A stretch of 64,000 nucleotides of DNA from Octopus vulgaris. Taxonomy: Eukaryota. The position numbers and the translations under genes are program-made. The number at the start of each line of letters is the position of its first letter. Position 1 is the first letter of the stretch. The stretch covers positions 2,108,001 through 2,172,000 of the forward strand of contig OX597839.1 of assembly GCA_951406725.2 (NCBI GenBank), read 5' to 3'. Below the pieces are notes generated by a model that did not search any database, was not told where the DNA came from, and saw only the letters and a list, made by a program, of their open reading frames with translations. Of this stretch, positions 1-13,877 are shown piece by piece.

Positions 1-47
1 AAATCATTAACAAGAGAAGAAAAGATATTATAAAAAAATGTAGTAAT

Positions 48-457
48 AGGCGCAGGAGTGGCTGTGTGGTAAGTAGCTTGCTAACCAACCACATGGTTCC
101 GGGTTCAGTCCCACTGCGTGGCATCTTGGGCAAGTGTATTCTGCTATAGCCCCGGGTCGACCAATGCCTTGTAAGTGGATTTGGTAGACGGAAACTGAAA
201 GAAGCCTGTCGTATATATGTATATATATATGTGTGTATGTGTATGTGTTTGTGTTTGTTCCCCCAACATCGCTTGACAACTGATGCTGGTGTGTTTACGT
301 CCCTGTCACTTAGCGGTTCGGCAAAAGAGACTGATAGAATAAGTACTGGGCTTTCAAAGAATAAGTTCCGGGGTCGAATTGCTCGATTAAAGGAGGTGCT
401 CCAGCATGGCTGCAGTCAAATGACTGAAACAAGTAAAAGAGTAAAGAGTAAAGAGAG
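48..457 (+). mobile_element. tRNA-derived SINE, family A (CORE-like middle, internal (TA)n(TG)n tract, AAAGAGT-repeat tail)
   Basis: Head GGCGCAGGAGTGGCTGTGTGGTAAG...GGTTCAGTCCC resembles Pol III A/B boxes; CTTGGGCAAGT CORE-like motif; near-identical copies recur many times in the window. Confidence 0.85.
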
Positions 458-847
458 TGTCTTGTGTGTGTGTGTGTGTGCACATATGTATGTGAGTGTA
501 TGCATCATTATATTGATACCATGGTTGTAAACGAGCATCATTGTTATACAAGTGGGGGTTGTTCATTTCCAGTCTTCTGTTAAAAATATGGGGAAATATA
601 ACCATGCTTGGGAAAAGGCAAGGGTTAATGACTAGATGGACTAAACACTTCTGAGCATTTTGTCTGGCATACTAACAAGTCTGCGAGTTTACCACCTCAC
701 TAATTGAACTAATTAATTAAGTGGTTGAGTAAAGTGCAAGCCGGGAGAGTCACTGGCATGCTGGGCAACATGCTTAGTAGCATTTCATTCATCTTTACAT
801 CCTCACTGAGGCAATGACCAGCGACCGAGACCTTTGGAAATATGCTG

Positions 848-1410
848 TGCGTGAGAAGACCAGGCAGGACAAGTGAGTCCAGCCCACTTATGCATGTCTT
901 TCCTCCCTTGGACACACAAAGACCTGTTGAGGCAAGCAAAGTCGAAATTGAACCTCATCCGACGACAGGCACCCATGCCAACCCCGCTTCTCTGCTTGCG
1001 AAGACCTGTTGGGGCAAGTGAAATCGAAATCGAAATCGAAATTGAACCAATCCTATGACTGGCACCCAGCAGTTGCCAGGACCCCTGGACTGGTGGTACG
1101 TAAAAAGCGCTATCCGAATCGTGGCCGATGCCAGCGTCGCCTCGACTGGCTGCCATGCCGGTGGCACATAAAATGCACCAATCCGATCGTGGCCGTTGCC
1201 AGCCTCGCCTGGCACCTGTGCAGGTGGCACGTAAAAAGCACCCACTACACTCACGGAGTGGTTGGCGTTAGGAAGGGCATCCAGCAGTAGAAACACTGCC
1301 AGATCAGACTGGAGCCTGGTGCAGCCTTCTGGCTTCCCAGATCCCCGGTCGAACTGTCCAACCCATGGAGAATGGAGAATGGACGTTAAACAATGATGAT
1401 GATAATGATG
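848..1410 (+). mobile_element. Non-autonomous retroposon family D with internal ~60-bp repeats and (GAT)n tail
   Basis: Three related GGTGGCACGTAAAAAGCAC... units; tail GGCGTTAGGAAGGGCATCCAGC...GGACGTTAAAC(GAT)n; related pieces at ~2525-2760 (+) and ~5563-5800 (-). Confidence 0.6.
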
Positions 1411-1680
1411 ATCGTGAGTTCAAATTCTGTTGAGGTTGACTTAGCCTTTCATCCTTTCGGAGTTGATAAAGTAAGTACCAGTTGAACACTGGGATTGATG
1501 CAATCAACTAGCCCCACACCTCACAAAAGTTCATGAGGCTGGTTTCTCAGATTCTGTGGTATATGAAGGGTGGGCCAAAAGTCATGTACTAAGTTCAATA
1601 AAATAATGATGAATACAAATTTGTATATGAATAATGATAATAATAATAATAATAATAATAACAATAATAATAATAATAAC

Positions 1681-1730
<50 letters not shown>

Positions 1731-1731
<1 letters not shown>

Positions 1732-2145
1732 CCTTTCTACTAAAGACATAAGGCCTGAAATTTGGGGGGAGGGGAATGTCGATTATATTGATCCCAATAC
1801 ACAATGGTACTTATTTCATTGACCCTGAAAGGATGAAAAGTAAAATCGACTTCAGCGGAATTTGAACTCAGAACGTAAAGATAGAAGATATGCCACTAAA
1901 CATTTTGCTCAGCATGCTAATGATTCTGCCAGCTCGTTGCTTTATTGAACAATAATAATAATCCTTTCTACTATAAACACATGGCCTGAAATTTGGGGGC
2001 AGTCAATTACATCAACCCCAATACACAACTGGTATTTATTTTATCAACTCCCTAAATGATGAAAGGCAAAGTCGACCTTAGTGGAATTTGAACTCAGAAC
2101 ATGAAGACATACGAAATGATGCTAAGTATTTGCCTGGTATGCTAT
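1731..2145 (-). mobile_element. Two tandem SINE family B' copies ending in (ATT)n
   Basis: Reverse complement contains the GTTCTGAGTTCAAATTCC...CTTTCATC body twice, each ending TAGTAGAAAGGATTATTATT. Confidence 0.7.
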
Positions 2146-2211
2146 GTAACATAACATAAATAGAAAGTGAAATGTTTTGGTGCACAAATTTTGGCCCACC
2201 CTGTGCACCCC

Positions 2212-2296
2212 TCTGATGTTGGTGAACTTCCCCTTTGGTTGATTGATGACAGTGAACTTTCCCTGCAGTGAATTGATGATGGTGAACTTACTGGAC
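2212..2296. repeat. Minisatellite, 3 degenerate ~31-bp units
   Basis: TGATG...GTGAACTT motif recurs three times. Confidence 0.5.
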
Positions 2297-2999
2297 ATGA
2301 CATCAAATGGCTATGGGGGGTCCACCAGAAGGAAATAGAAAACAAAGGGGTCCATAGATAAAAAAAAAAAAGATTTGAGAATCACTGCTCTATAGTAAGA
2401 GACCTGTTCCTGTCCTTCAGCCACTCAACATCTGGCTCAGAGCCACCTCTCTCAATACTGCACTCCTACCCTATCAAGAGGATTTCTTGTTGCAATTTAC
2501 TGAATTACTTCACTAACACTAATGCCATGGTAAAAAAAAAAAAAAGCACCCTGTGTCCTCTGGAAAGTGGTTGGTGTTAGGAGAGAGCGTCCAGCTATAG
2601 AAACCATGCCAAAGTATACAATGGACATCAATACAGCCCACTGGCTCGTTGGAGCTTGTCCAACATTCTAACCTGTGCCAGCATGGAAGACAGGTGTTAA
2701 ATGATGACGATGATGTGATGTTGATGATGACGATGATGTGATGTTGATGATGATTATGCCCTGGAAAGATGAAAGGTAAGTCGACCTTGGCGAAACATGA
2801 ACTCAGAATGTTAAGAAATGTCAACTATTTCTTTACAAACATATTTTGTCTGTCACTCTACTGCCCCAGCTGTAGCAACATATCATCTGTTGCTTCCCTT
2901 TCATTTAGAGATTTCTCCTTCTGCATTTTCTTCTTCCCCCCTGCTTCTTCATTCACTCTCTTTCAACTTTCATTCTGCTACTCTCTCTCCCTCTTTCTC

Positions 3000-3041
<42 letters not shown>

Positions 3042-3110
3042 ACATTCTCTTTTTGTGTTTCTCCTGCCCTTTTCCCCTCTCTCACTCACTGTTATCTTAC
3101 ATCAACTTCT

Positions 3111-3142
<32 letters not shown>

Positions 3143-3338
3143 TCCTCCAACTCTCTCAATAACCTTTATACAACTGCATAACAAAGGGAAGAGAGGGAGA
3201 GAGGAAGAGACAGAGAACGTGAGAGTGAGAGAGAATGAGTGAGAGAGAAAGAGAGAGAAAATCAGTGCATGAAATCAGAAGGAAGCCAAATATAATAAGC
3301 AGAGAAAATAAGAGAAAAAGAAGAAAACCACAGAAGAG

Positions 3339-3374
<36 letters not shown>

Positions 3375-3603
3375 GAGGAGGAGGAATATAGTGAAAGAAA
3401 GGTACAAGAGAGAGTGAGAAAACAAAAATGAGAAATAGTAAGAGACAGAGAAAGGGAAAGAGAGCTTAAGATACAAGGGAGAAAAACAAGAGAGAGACAG
3501 AAGATAGCAAGGTGGGAGTAAGGAGTATGAAGACTGTACACACATACATGCATGCACACACACACACACATGTAGGTAAGTGTACACAGAAAATAGACAG
3601 AGA

Positions 3604-4030
<427 letters not shown>

Positions 4031-4121
4031 CAGAGAGAGACAGAGACAGACAGAGAAAATAGATGCATGTACATAGAAGATATGTATAAATATATATATA
4101 AATGTAGTTCTAATTTTGTAG

Positions 4122-4153
<32 letters not shown>

Positions 4154-4270
4154 ATACACACACATGATAGAAATACACCAAGAAAATTGATAAATAAGCA
4201 GAGATAGATAGACAGATAAATAGATAGATAGATAGACAGACAGACATAGATGATGGACAGACAGATAGCT

Positions 4271-4308
<38 letters not shown>

Positions 4309-4511
4309 CAGGTGAGGTAAGATTTGACTTCACCTTTCTATATTAAATGTCATAAATTCATATACAAAATAGAAATAGAACACAGCATGATGATTTATGG
4401 GGACGGAAAGGGGGAAAGGAGAGAGGGAGAGAGAGAGAGAGAAAAGACTTATTATTTATAAATAGGAAGGACATAGAGATCAACAATAATGCTGTTGTGA
4501 TCTTTATAGAT

Positions 4512-4609
<98 letters not shown>

Positions 4610-5048
4610 ATAGATATATATACGGGTGTGTGTGATTGTGTATAGAAGAATATATTAATAAAAGGAATTCCAACCTTGTCTGATTTTCACGTTTTATTTA
4701 CAATCTTATAATGATATAAGATAATATAATATAATAAAATAAAATAAAATAAAATAATAGAATGTTAAATGTTCATTCTGATTGAACTAGTACTTTCATG
4801 CATTAAATTCTGCAATCTTCAGGTTCGTGTAGTAGTGGTGACAGTCATGCTTCACAATTTTTGACTATATATATATATATATATATATTATGCATTGATA
4901 TAAGTTATTCAATAAAGCCTGAAACATATGTACCACAGAATCCTTTGCATCCTGTTAATCTTTTGATACATATATCCTACCACCCATACCACTAGCTGGC
5001 ATATACAGGTGCTTACAGTTATCAAGTATTCACCCTGAATTTTTTGTA

Positions 5049-5101
<53 letters not shown>

Positions 5102-5269
5102 TACATATATAATCATCATCATTGTTTAACATCCACCTACTGTGTGTGTGTGTGTGTGTGTTTGTATGTAATATTTATATATGCATGTATGTGTGTGTAG
5201 ACAAGTAATAAAGGTTGTATGAGGCTATGATAAAGATATTAGAGGTGGTGTATCTTTCTGTTTCTGAGC

Positions 5270-5550
5270 ACTGAAGGGTATTCAGCTGACAATCGTAAGG
5301 CTGTGAGTTCAATTCCCAGTGGAGTGGTGAGATGTGTCCTTGAGCAAGACACTTTATTTTCGCATTGCTCCCGTCAACTCAGCTGGCAAAAATGAGTAGT
5401 ACCTGGAATTCAAAGGGCCAGCCTTGTCACACTCTGTTGCATGCTGAACCTCCCTGAGAACTATGTTAAAGGTTCGCTTGTCTGTGGAATACCCAGCCAC
5501 TGGCACATTTATTTCATGAGCAGGCTGTTCTGCTGGTCAAATCAATTGGA
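5270..5550 (+). mobile_element. SINE family C, diverged copy
   Basis: Homologous to 39860-40178 (GTGTCCTTGAGCAAGACACTTTATTT...CAGCTGGCAAAAATGAGT...CAGCCTTGTCAC). Confidence 0.7.
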
Positions 5551-6307
5551 ACAATAGGAAGATGCCCTTCCTAACGTCAACCACTCCAAGAGTGTAATGG
5601 ATGCTTTTATGTGCCGCTGGCACGGGTGCCAGTTTGCATGACACTGATATCTGCCACAACTGCGATTTTTCTCAGCTTCATGGGTCTTCTTCTCAAGTAC
5701 AACATTATGCCAAAGATCTTGGTCATTGCCTCTGTGAGGCCCAACACTTAAAAGGAACTCAGCCACCTCACCTCTGTGAGGCCTGCTCGAAAAGAACTCA
5801 GCCACTTTGCCTCCATATATACACACATCAGGTTTCCACACAGTTTCCGTCTACCAAATCCACTCACAAGACACTTGTTGGCTCAGGGGCTGCAACAGAA
5901 GACACTTACTTAAGGTGCCGTGCAGTGGAATTGAACCCAAAACCACGCGGTTGCAAAACAAGCTTCTTAGCCACACAGTCATGCCTTGTATTTTAGAAGG
6001 TAGGATATCATTTGGTGGAGGTTTTTAGCAATTTCAGCAACCACATGGCAGTTCTCCAATTAAGCTGTTTAACCCTAGGCCAACCCTGACCAAGCAAACA
6101 GCAATCGTTCAGTATTGGTAAGCAACATCATTCACCCACACACTCTTCCCTCAATAGCACAGATAAAAAGATTAGGCTGAAAATGAGGGTGAATGTTGTC
6201 GTCTCTTCATATTCACACTGAATACCAATACCGAAGGATCGCCACCAAATCTACGATTAAAAGCGTTTCAACTCTGAGTATTCTATTTTTAGTATATGTA
6301 GATCATT

Positions 6308-6507
6308 GGTACTACTTAAGAAGAGTGGTCCCGGTGCGCGCACTCGCGTACTCGTGCACCCACGCTAGCTAGTCGTGACTAGTCGATCCTACAACGACTA
6401 CCTAGCAAAGTAAATAAAACACAAAAACACAAAGTAAGGGTCGACTAGTCACGACTAGCTAGCGCGAGTGCGCGCGCGCACGGGGACCACTCTTCTCAAG
6501 TAGTACC
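6308..6507. mobile_element. MITE with long TIRs and 9-bp TSD (Mutator/MULE-like)
   Basis: TIRs GGTACTACTT(A/G)AGAAGAGTGGTCCC...CTAGTCGA at 6308-6386 and 6441-6507; TAGATCATT duplicated at 6299-6307 and 6508-6516. Confidence 0.85.
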
Positions 6508-7652
6508 TAGATCATTTCTTTGCTGTTTTTTTTTTTGTACAGATGGTAAAGTGTGATTTGAGGGAGATTTGACTGCTATTTCTAGCAGATCGAAAGACCA
6601 TACAGCGATTCTTGTTAGCTCGTAGTTCTGTTAAGAGTAAGAGACAGAGTATGTGTGTGTGTTTTTGTGTGTGTGTGTGTGTGTGCGTGTGTGTGTGTGT
6701 GTGTGTTGGTATGTACTATGTTAGTGTGTATCTGTGTATTTTATATAACAAACGTTTGTTTGTGTGTGCATCAGAAAGAGGGAGAGATGTGTGGATATTT
6801 ATGTTTGTTGGTTTGTGCATCTGTGTGTATATGTGTGTGTATTAATTGCTCGCATGTGTGCAACAGAAAGAAACAGGTATTGTGTAGAGATGTCTCTATG
6901 TATGTTGTATATGTGTGTGTAGGCGTGTGTATGTGTGAAAGAGAGAGAGAGAGAGAGAGAGAGAGGGACAGATAAATCGAAAGGTTATGAATGCTATTTG
7001 ATTGTATGTACGTTTCTTTACTCTGTGTGTGAGAAAGAAAAACAGCGTCTTTTGTATTTACTTATGATTTGTGAACAAAAACAAAAAAAAGGGGGAAACA
7101 CAAATTATTACAATAGACAGCAACTAAAGATCGGTATTAAAAAATGTAAACCAGTAAAAAAATAACATAATGAAGCATGTATAATCCCTCAATTATTCAG
7201 TGATCTGTTCGGCCTCTAAAAATCTTTCTTCGTATGACCCTATTTCTCTCTCTCTCTGCGAAGAATGAAACTAAACAGTAGATCGCATTCAGATCTTGTG
7301 TATATCAAATGATGAGGATATTTATCTCTTTCTGGATGAAGTAATTTTTTGTTGACACCTTCAATAAAAGTACATCACACACACACATTAAATCAGTGAA
7401 AGAAGAGTGTTATCCAGAAAACGAACGTCTGGTTCAATAGGTTGCAGCTCTGCTAAAAGTACCAAAAAAGATCAGGGTGGTGCCTGTCAAGCCGGGCAAC
7501 GCTTCATTTCTACACAACTTAAGACAGGTTTTGGCAATTATTAGTCCAGGCCATAGCTAACTAAATAGCGCACCACCTGGAGATGTCATGTATTAGGACA
7601 TCGCACATACATACATACATACATACTTTATTTAAAGCAGCAGAAAATTCAA

Positions 7653-7806
<154 letters not shown>

Positions 7807-8892
7807 AGAGAGATTCCATAAAGAGGAGGAGAGAAGACTTATATCACAGCCGAGACCAGGAATTTCCTCGTACTCTGAACATGTTTACATATTTAGAAAA
7901 CTAATATAATTCTTTCTACTATAAGTAGAAGGCCTGGAATTTTGGAAGAGTGAGCTCGGTCGGGTACTTATTTTATCGACTCGAAAAAGAGGAAAGGCAA
8001 AGTCGGGAAAGACTTCCAATTTTTTTTTAAAAGGCTGGTCTTTCTTTTTTTGGGGTGGGGCGGAAGTCTTGCCCAAAGTCGATTTCAGCGGTATTTCAGC
8101 GCAGAACATAAGACAGAAGAAATACCGCAAAGCATTTTGTCCGGCATGCTAACGATTCTGCCAGTTTGCCGCAGAAGACTAACGTCATTTTCCCATTCTG
8201 AAGAGGTCCCAAGGGAAACTTTGTATCCTATAAATAATATTCCTGATCCCCTCATTGATATATATATATATTTGAGGCTGAGCGCACTTCTCTTTATTTT
8301 ATTTCTAGTTTATTTTATTACTGATTTCTGTGTTTCATTTTTCTTTTTGTGATGATTTTGGGGATGATTACGTTTGTAAATTATGTTCTTTTAACTTTTA
8401 AAAATATATTTGGTTCCTTATGCATGCTTGCATGTTTGTTTGTATGTCATATTTTCTGTTTGTTGTCCTTTTATATAATCCTGAAAATTTGTATAGAGTG
8501 TACTTTTGTCATTGTTAATGGATCGTATCTAAGCAGATGATTTTGCCAAAGTATGGTTAAAGTGGAATGAATGAAAAAAATGTGTGTGTATGTGTGTGTT
8601 ATTACATGGACACATGCATGTATATATTGGTATCTCCGTGAGAGTAGGTTGACGATTGTGGCGAACCCTATTCTGTGACCCCATTATCTTATGTACCCAG
8701 TATTTATTAAGACAATCAGGTATGTTTTATGTGATATTTAGCTGTAATGTCTAGCAAACCGAACGATCACGTTCAGATTCCCGCGTTGGATCGATGTATA
8801 TATTTGAGTAAATGTGAACGTGTGTATTTACGAGTGTGTATATATATATATGGAAATCGACGGAAATCTGTGCTACTACAACCGAAACTATG

Positions 8893-8930
<38 letters not shown>

Positions 8931-9119
8931 TTGTGCTGAGTTTTATTTGAGAACATAATCTTTGTGGAGAATGGCGATTTGACGTCTATATCTAGCATGT
9001 TGACTGTCCACTTTTCGTGTTCAGTCCTTAATTGGTATATATAAATATTTTAATCTTCGGATTCTTTTTAATATGCTAGACCACTGGTTTTAATTGACTA
9101 ATATCAATTTCTACCCTTA

Positions 9120-9177
<58 letters not shown>

Positions 9178-9224
9178 CGTGTGTATGTGTGTGGCTCGGT
9201 ACCGGTAAATAAATGCTAACTTAC

Positions 9225-9279
9225 CGAGATATCGGACGTACGTGTCCCTGTATAAATCTGGTGGTTCTTGTGTTGACAT
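9225..9279 (-). CDS. MTFP1: Mitochondrial fission process protein 1 (MTP18), first coding exon
   Basis: Translates to MSTQEPPDLYRDTYVRYL-G, matching the MTFP1 N-terminal motif DLYRDTxVRYLG as I recall it; ends at a canonical phase-1 G|GTAAGT donor; in-frame TAG upstream of the ATG. Later exons not found, so probably left of the window. Confidence 0.85.
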
Positions 9280-9742
9280 CGTTGTTGCTACCACCGTCGT
9301 CGTAAGTCGTCTGCTGCTAGTTTGTTGTTGATGTTGTTGTTGCTGAGGTTGCTCCTGCTATTGTTGCTGTTGTTGTCCTTCACAAACAATCTGTGCCAGG
9401 ACGAATCTATTTCAGAGCTTTATTACCCTTTTCTCACTGCTTCTCTCTTCTTCTTTTTTTTCCTGTCGTTGTTATACTTGTTGTATGCATCGATTCTTGG
9501 TGTGAGCTGTACTTATAGACAAATAAACAGCTCGTCTATTTGTCAGTCTGTCTATCTTTCTATCATCTGTTAGACTAAATTCTCTCGCCATCAGCTTAGT
9601 AGCTTATCTATCTATCTATCTATCTATCTATCTGTCTGTCTGTCTATCTATTTATCTGCCTGTCAATCAATCAATTTATCTATCTATCTATCTATCTGTC
9701 TGTCTATCTGTCTATCTATCTATCTATCTGTCTATCTATCTG

Positions 9743-9786
<44 letters not shown>

Positions 9787-10736
9787 ACGATCGATCTATC
9801 AGCTTGCTTAGACTATCTTTCGATCATTTCTTCTTATATATATATTTATCAATCAACTCGTTAAATTATTCTATCAGCAAGTCAGCGCATCTCTCGATTA
9901 ATTTAGTTTTTGTGTCTGTATACCTAGCCATCAGTTCGTCAGTCTTCATTCCTTATCAATTAATTAATTAATTGGTTACTCAACCAACTCTCCAGAGATC
10001 TCGGGTCTGTCTGTCGGTCTGTCTTAGCCATGTGCCAGATGAGGAAACACGATTTGATGACGGTCAGCTGACCGACCAACGAAGGTCACGTGGTATGCCA
10101 ATGCGCGTGGAGAACTCATATTTTCTCCTCCTCCTCCTCCTTCACTCTCCCCTCCCTCCACCTTATTGTTTCTTCTTCTTCTCATTCTTTTTCTTCTTCT
10201 CCTTCTTCTCCTTCCTCGTTTTCTTCTCTTCTGCTTTCTTCGCTCACTTTTATTTCTCTCACTCGGTCGGTCCATCGAGGAAAGTCCGTACTGCCCGACC
10301 TGGTCGTTTAACATGCTAGAGCTAGGACCTTAATATCCCTCACCGCCAACTACGCCTTCCAAGAAAAAAAAAGTGTGTAATGGATAACATTTTCATAAAT
10401 ATATTGTCTGGAAAAAAATATGACGGGATGGTCACGACCGGAATGCCTTCGATCATAGAAATGCTAACCTGTGGCTAAATAACAAGTCATTCTTCACTTT
10501 TATACTTTTTCTTTGTTGCTTTATATCTTTTTCTTTCTTTTTATTTATTTTTTGTACTCATTCTCTACTGACTCTTTTTCTCTCTCGTTCACTGTATGTC
10601 TGTCTGTCTCTTCTTCACCACCCCTCACACATATCACACATACATACTCTACGTCTCTCTCATTCATTTCTCCTCCTTTATACCCCCGTCTGTCTCACTC
10701 TCTTTCTCTCTCTGACCCCTACTCTTATTTTTCTTG

Positions 10737-10768
<32 letters not shown>

Positions 10769-11111
10769 TTATTCCCTTCTCTGTCCTTTACTCTCTCTTT
10801 CTCTCACATACTCTCCTCATCTATCCTTCTTCTTTGCCCCTCTGTCTCTTCGCCTTTCTCTCCCCCTCCTTCACACACGCGTTCAATCACTCTCTCCGTC
10901 CTCTCTGCCCCGCTATCTCCTAATATCCCTCTGCTCTCCTTCTCTCCCTTAAGCGTAAACATAAATCGATCACATACAGATGTACTTTACCGAATTGAAT
11001 CTTTTTCTACTGGAGGGGGAAAACCCCCGCCCAAATCCAAACAACATTCATTTACAACTCAAACAAAAGCGGAGATAATTTCAATAAATTAATTATTAAA
11101 AAACATAACAT

Positions 11112-11263
11112 GGCGCAGGAGTGGCTATAGGCGCAGGGGTATGTGGGTTCAGTCCCACTGCGTGGCACCTTGGGCAAGTGTCTTCTATTATAGCCCCGGG
11201 CCGACCAAAGCCTTGTGAGTGGATTTGGTAGACGGAAACTGAAAGAAGCCCGTCGTATATATG

Positions 11264-11300
<37 letters not shown>

Positions 11301-11505
11301 GTTGGTGTGTCTGTGTTTGTCCCCCTAGCATTGCTTGACAACCGATGCTGGTGTGTTTTTGTCCCCGTTACTTAGCGGTTCGGCAAACGATATCGATAGA
11401 ATAAGTACTAGGCTAACAAAGAATAAGTCCTGGGGTCGATTTGCTCGACTAAAGGCGGTGCTCCAGCATGGCCGCAGTCAAATGTCTGAAACAAGTAAAA
11501 GAAAA
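11112..11505 (+). mobile_element. SINE family A with duplicated 5' head
   Basis: GGCGCAGGAGTGGCTATAGGCGCAGG head followed by the family A body and tail. Confidence 0.85.
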
Positions 11506-11893
11506 AAAAAATAACAATTGTCATTGCTAACCGAGAATCTGATTTTCCTTAGCATGCTTGTCGGTAGTAACGAACATGTTTCGACTTACATGGACCTCAT
11601 CAGCGAAGCAAAGACAGCGCAAGCCTGCTTTATCAATAGAACTGCATAATACACATTTTGTATGACTATCTACGTGTGTGTATGTGTTTGCATACACACA
11701 CACACACACAACACATACGCACACACACATACGCACACACGTTTATGATCAATAAGTTTGGAAACGAAGAGATTCAATGGATACTTATTGATAATATTTG
11801 ATGTTTTATAATATATTCATTGAAGAACTATCTCTCCAAAATATAATATACAAAACCAAAGTATCTTGGATAAAACTATCCCCATAAGAGGTT

Positions 11894-11952
<59 letters not shown>

Positions 11953-11987
11953 CAAAGTTGAGTTGTGGGGTATCGCACGAGTGGAAT

Positions 11988-12312
11988 TATATACGAAAGA
12001 AGGTTTGAAAATGCAATTTAAAATATGTTTATTTACTTAACCGGTTTCACTCTTTGGAAAAAGATTGTCAAAAGTAACATAGAATATTATAAACAGGGAC
12101 ATGTTAAGGACATTACAGTATGATGCATACTGTTGTAATGTCCTTAACATGTCCCTGTTACCAAAGACTGTATATATACATGTAATGTGGCAATTATGTA
12201 AAATTTTTTTGAATTCATAATATTCTATGTTACTTTTGACAATCTTTTTCCTAAGAGTGAAACCGGTTAAGTAAATAAACATCTTTTAAATAGCATTTTC
12301 AAACCTTCTTTC

Positions 12313-12319
<7 letters not shown>
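11988..12319. repeat. Nested long inverted repeat (103-bp outer arms, 26-bp inner arms) flanked by (TA)n
   Basis: 11988-12090 vs 12217-12319 (3 mismatches); 12092-12117 vs 12134-12159 (perfect). Confidence 0.9.
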
Positions 12320-12388
<69 letters not shown>

Positions 12389-12429
12389 GATGTCTTTTTT
12401 CAGCGACCAACTAAAATATAACTTGGAGT

Positions 12430-12591
12430 CTGCAGGAGTGGCTGTGTGGTAAGTAGCTTGCTTACCAACCACATGGTTCCGGGTTCAGTCCCACTGCATG
12501 GCACCTTGGGCAAGTGTCTTCTACTGTAGCCTCGGGTTGACCAAAGCCTTGTGAGTGGATTTAGTAGACGGAAACTGAAAGAAGCCCGTCG

Positions 12592-12657
<66 letters not shown>

Positions 12658-12860
12658 TGTGTCTGTGTTTGTCCCCCTAGCATTGCTTAACAACCGATGC
12701 TGGTGTGTTTATGTCCTCGCTACTTAGCGGTTCGGCAAAAGAGACCGATAGAATAAGTACTGGGCTTACAAAGAATAAGTCCCGGGGTCGAGTTGCTCGA
12801 CTAAAGGCGGTGCTCCAGCATGGCCGCAGTCATTTACTGAAACGAGTAAAGAGAGAGAGA
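12430..12860 (+). mobile_element. SINE family A
   Basis: Full head, internal microsatellite and tail, homologous to 48-457. Confidence 0.85.
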
Positions 12861-12889
12861 GTGGGTTCTCAGGATGAATGGAGTTTCTT

Positions 12890-12936
<47 letters not shown>

Positions 12937-13425
12937 ACAGCAGCACCTTAACCGCCACTGAATGGCCATAACTATATTTTATTCAGACACTTACCACAAT
13001 TGTAGGATCTTTTCACAAACTGCCGGTCAAAGTGAAAAGATCCCAATTGAAATTTGGGACGACACGATCAAATGCATGCATTTTCTGTAAAACTGTAAAG
13101 ATGATATATACAAATGAAATTTCACTGCTATTTCTTTTCTTTCTCCATATGAACTGACCATGTGGGGGTTCCCACGCACGATATACTAGTAGCGGTAGTA
13201 ACAGACAGCGATGTTGCATGAATGAATGAATAAATGAACGGAGAGATGATGTTGAATTAAATGAATGAATGGATGGTTGGATCGTGATATATATGAATGA
13301 ATGAATGAATGAATGAATATTGGTTTATAAGTGTGTCTTACATTCGTAGCCGTGAGGTGGTTGTGTCGTTTATGCTTGCTTTTGACACAGTTTACGCCTA
13401 ATTTCTTTGTTTACATACACACACG

Positions 13426-13499
<74 letters not shown>

Positions 13500-13557
13500 T
13501 CTATACGTGTTTGTGAGGGTATCTACCAATCTTTCTTTTGGTATACATGCCTCTCTC

Positions 13558-13593
<36 letters not shown>

Positions 13594-13601
13594 CTTATCT
13601 A

Positions 13602-13678
<77 letters not shown>

Positions 13679-13711
13679 ACACACATGTATAGAGGTATGT
13701 AGAGAGATACG

Positions 13712-13760
<49 letters not shown>

Positions 13761-13837
13761 TTTATTTCACAACAGACCGCAGCTTTGAAGATGAAACAAT
13801 TTCAAGATTTAAAAATTTATATAATATATTATATAAT

Positions 13838-13877
<40 letters not shown>

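Noticed and set aside
28-279. Recurrent ORF peptide ...EDTCPRCHAVGLNPEPCGW with CxxC
   Set aside because: Antisense translation of SINE family A; it recurs only because the SINE does.
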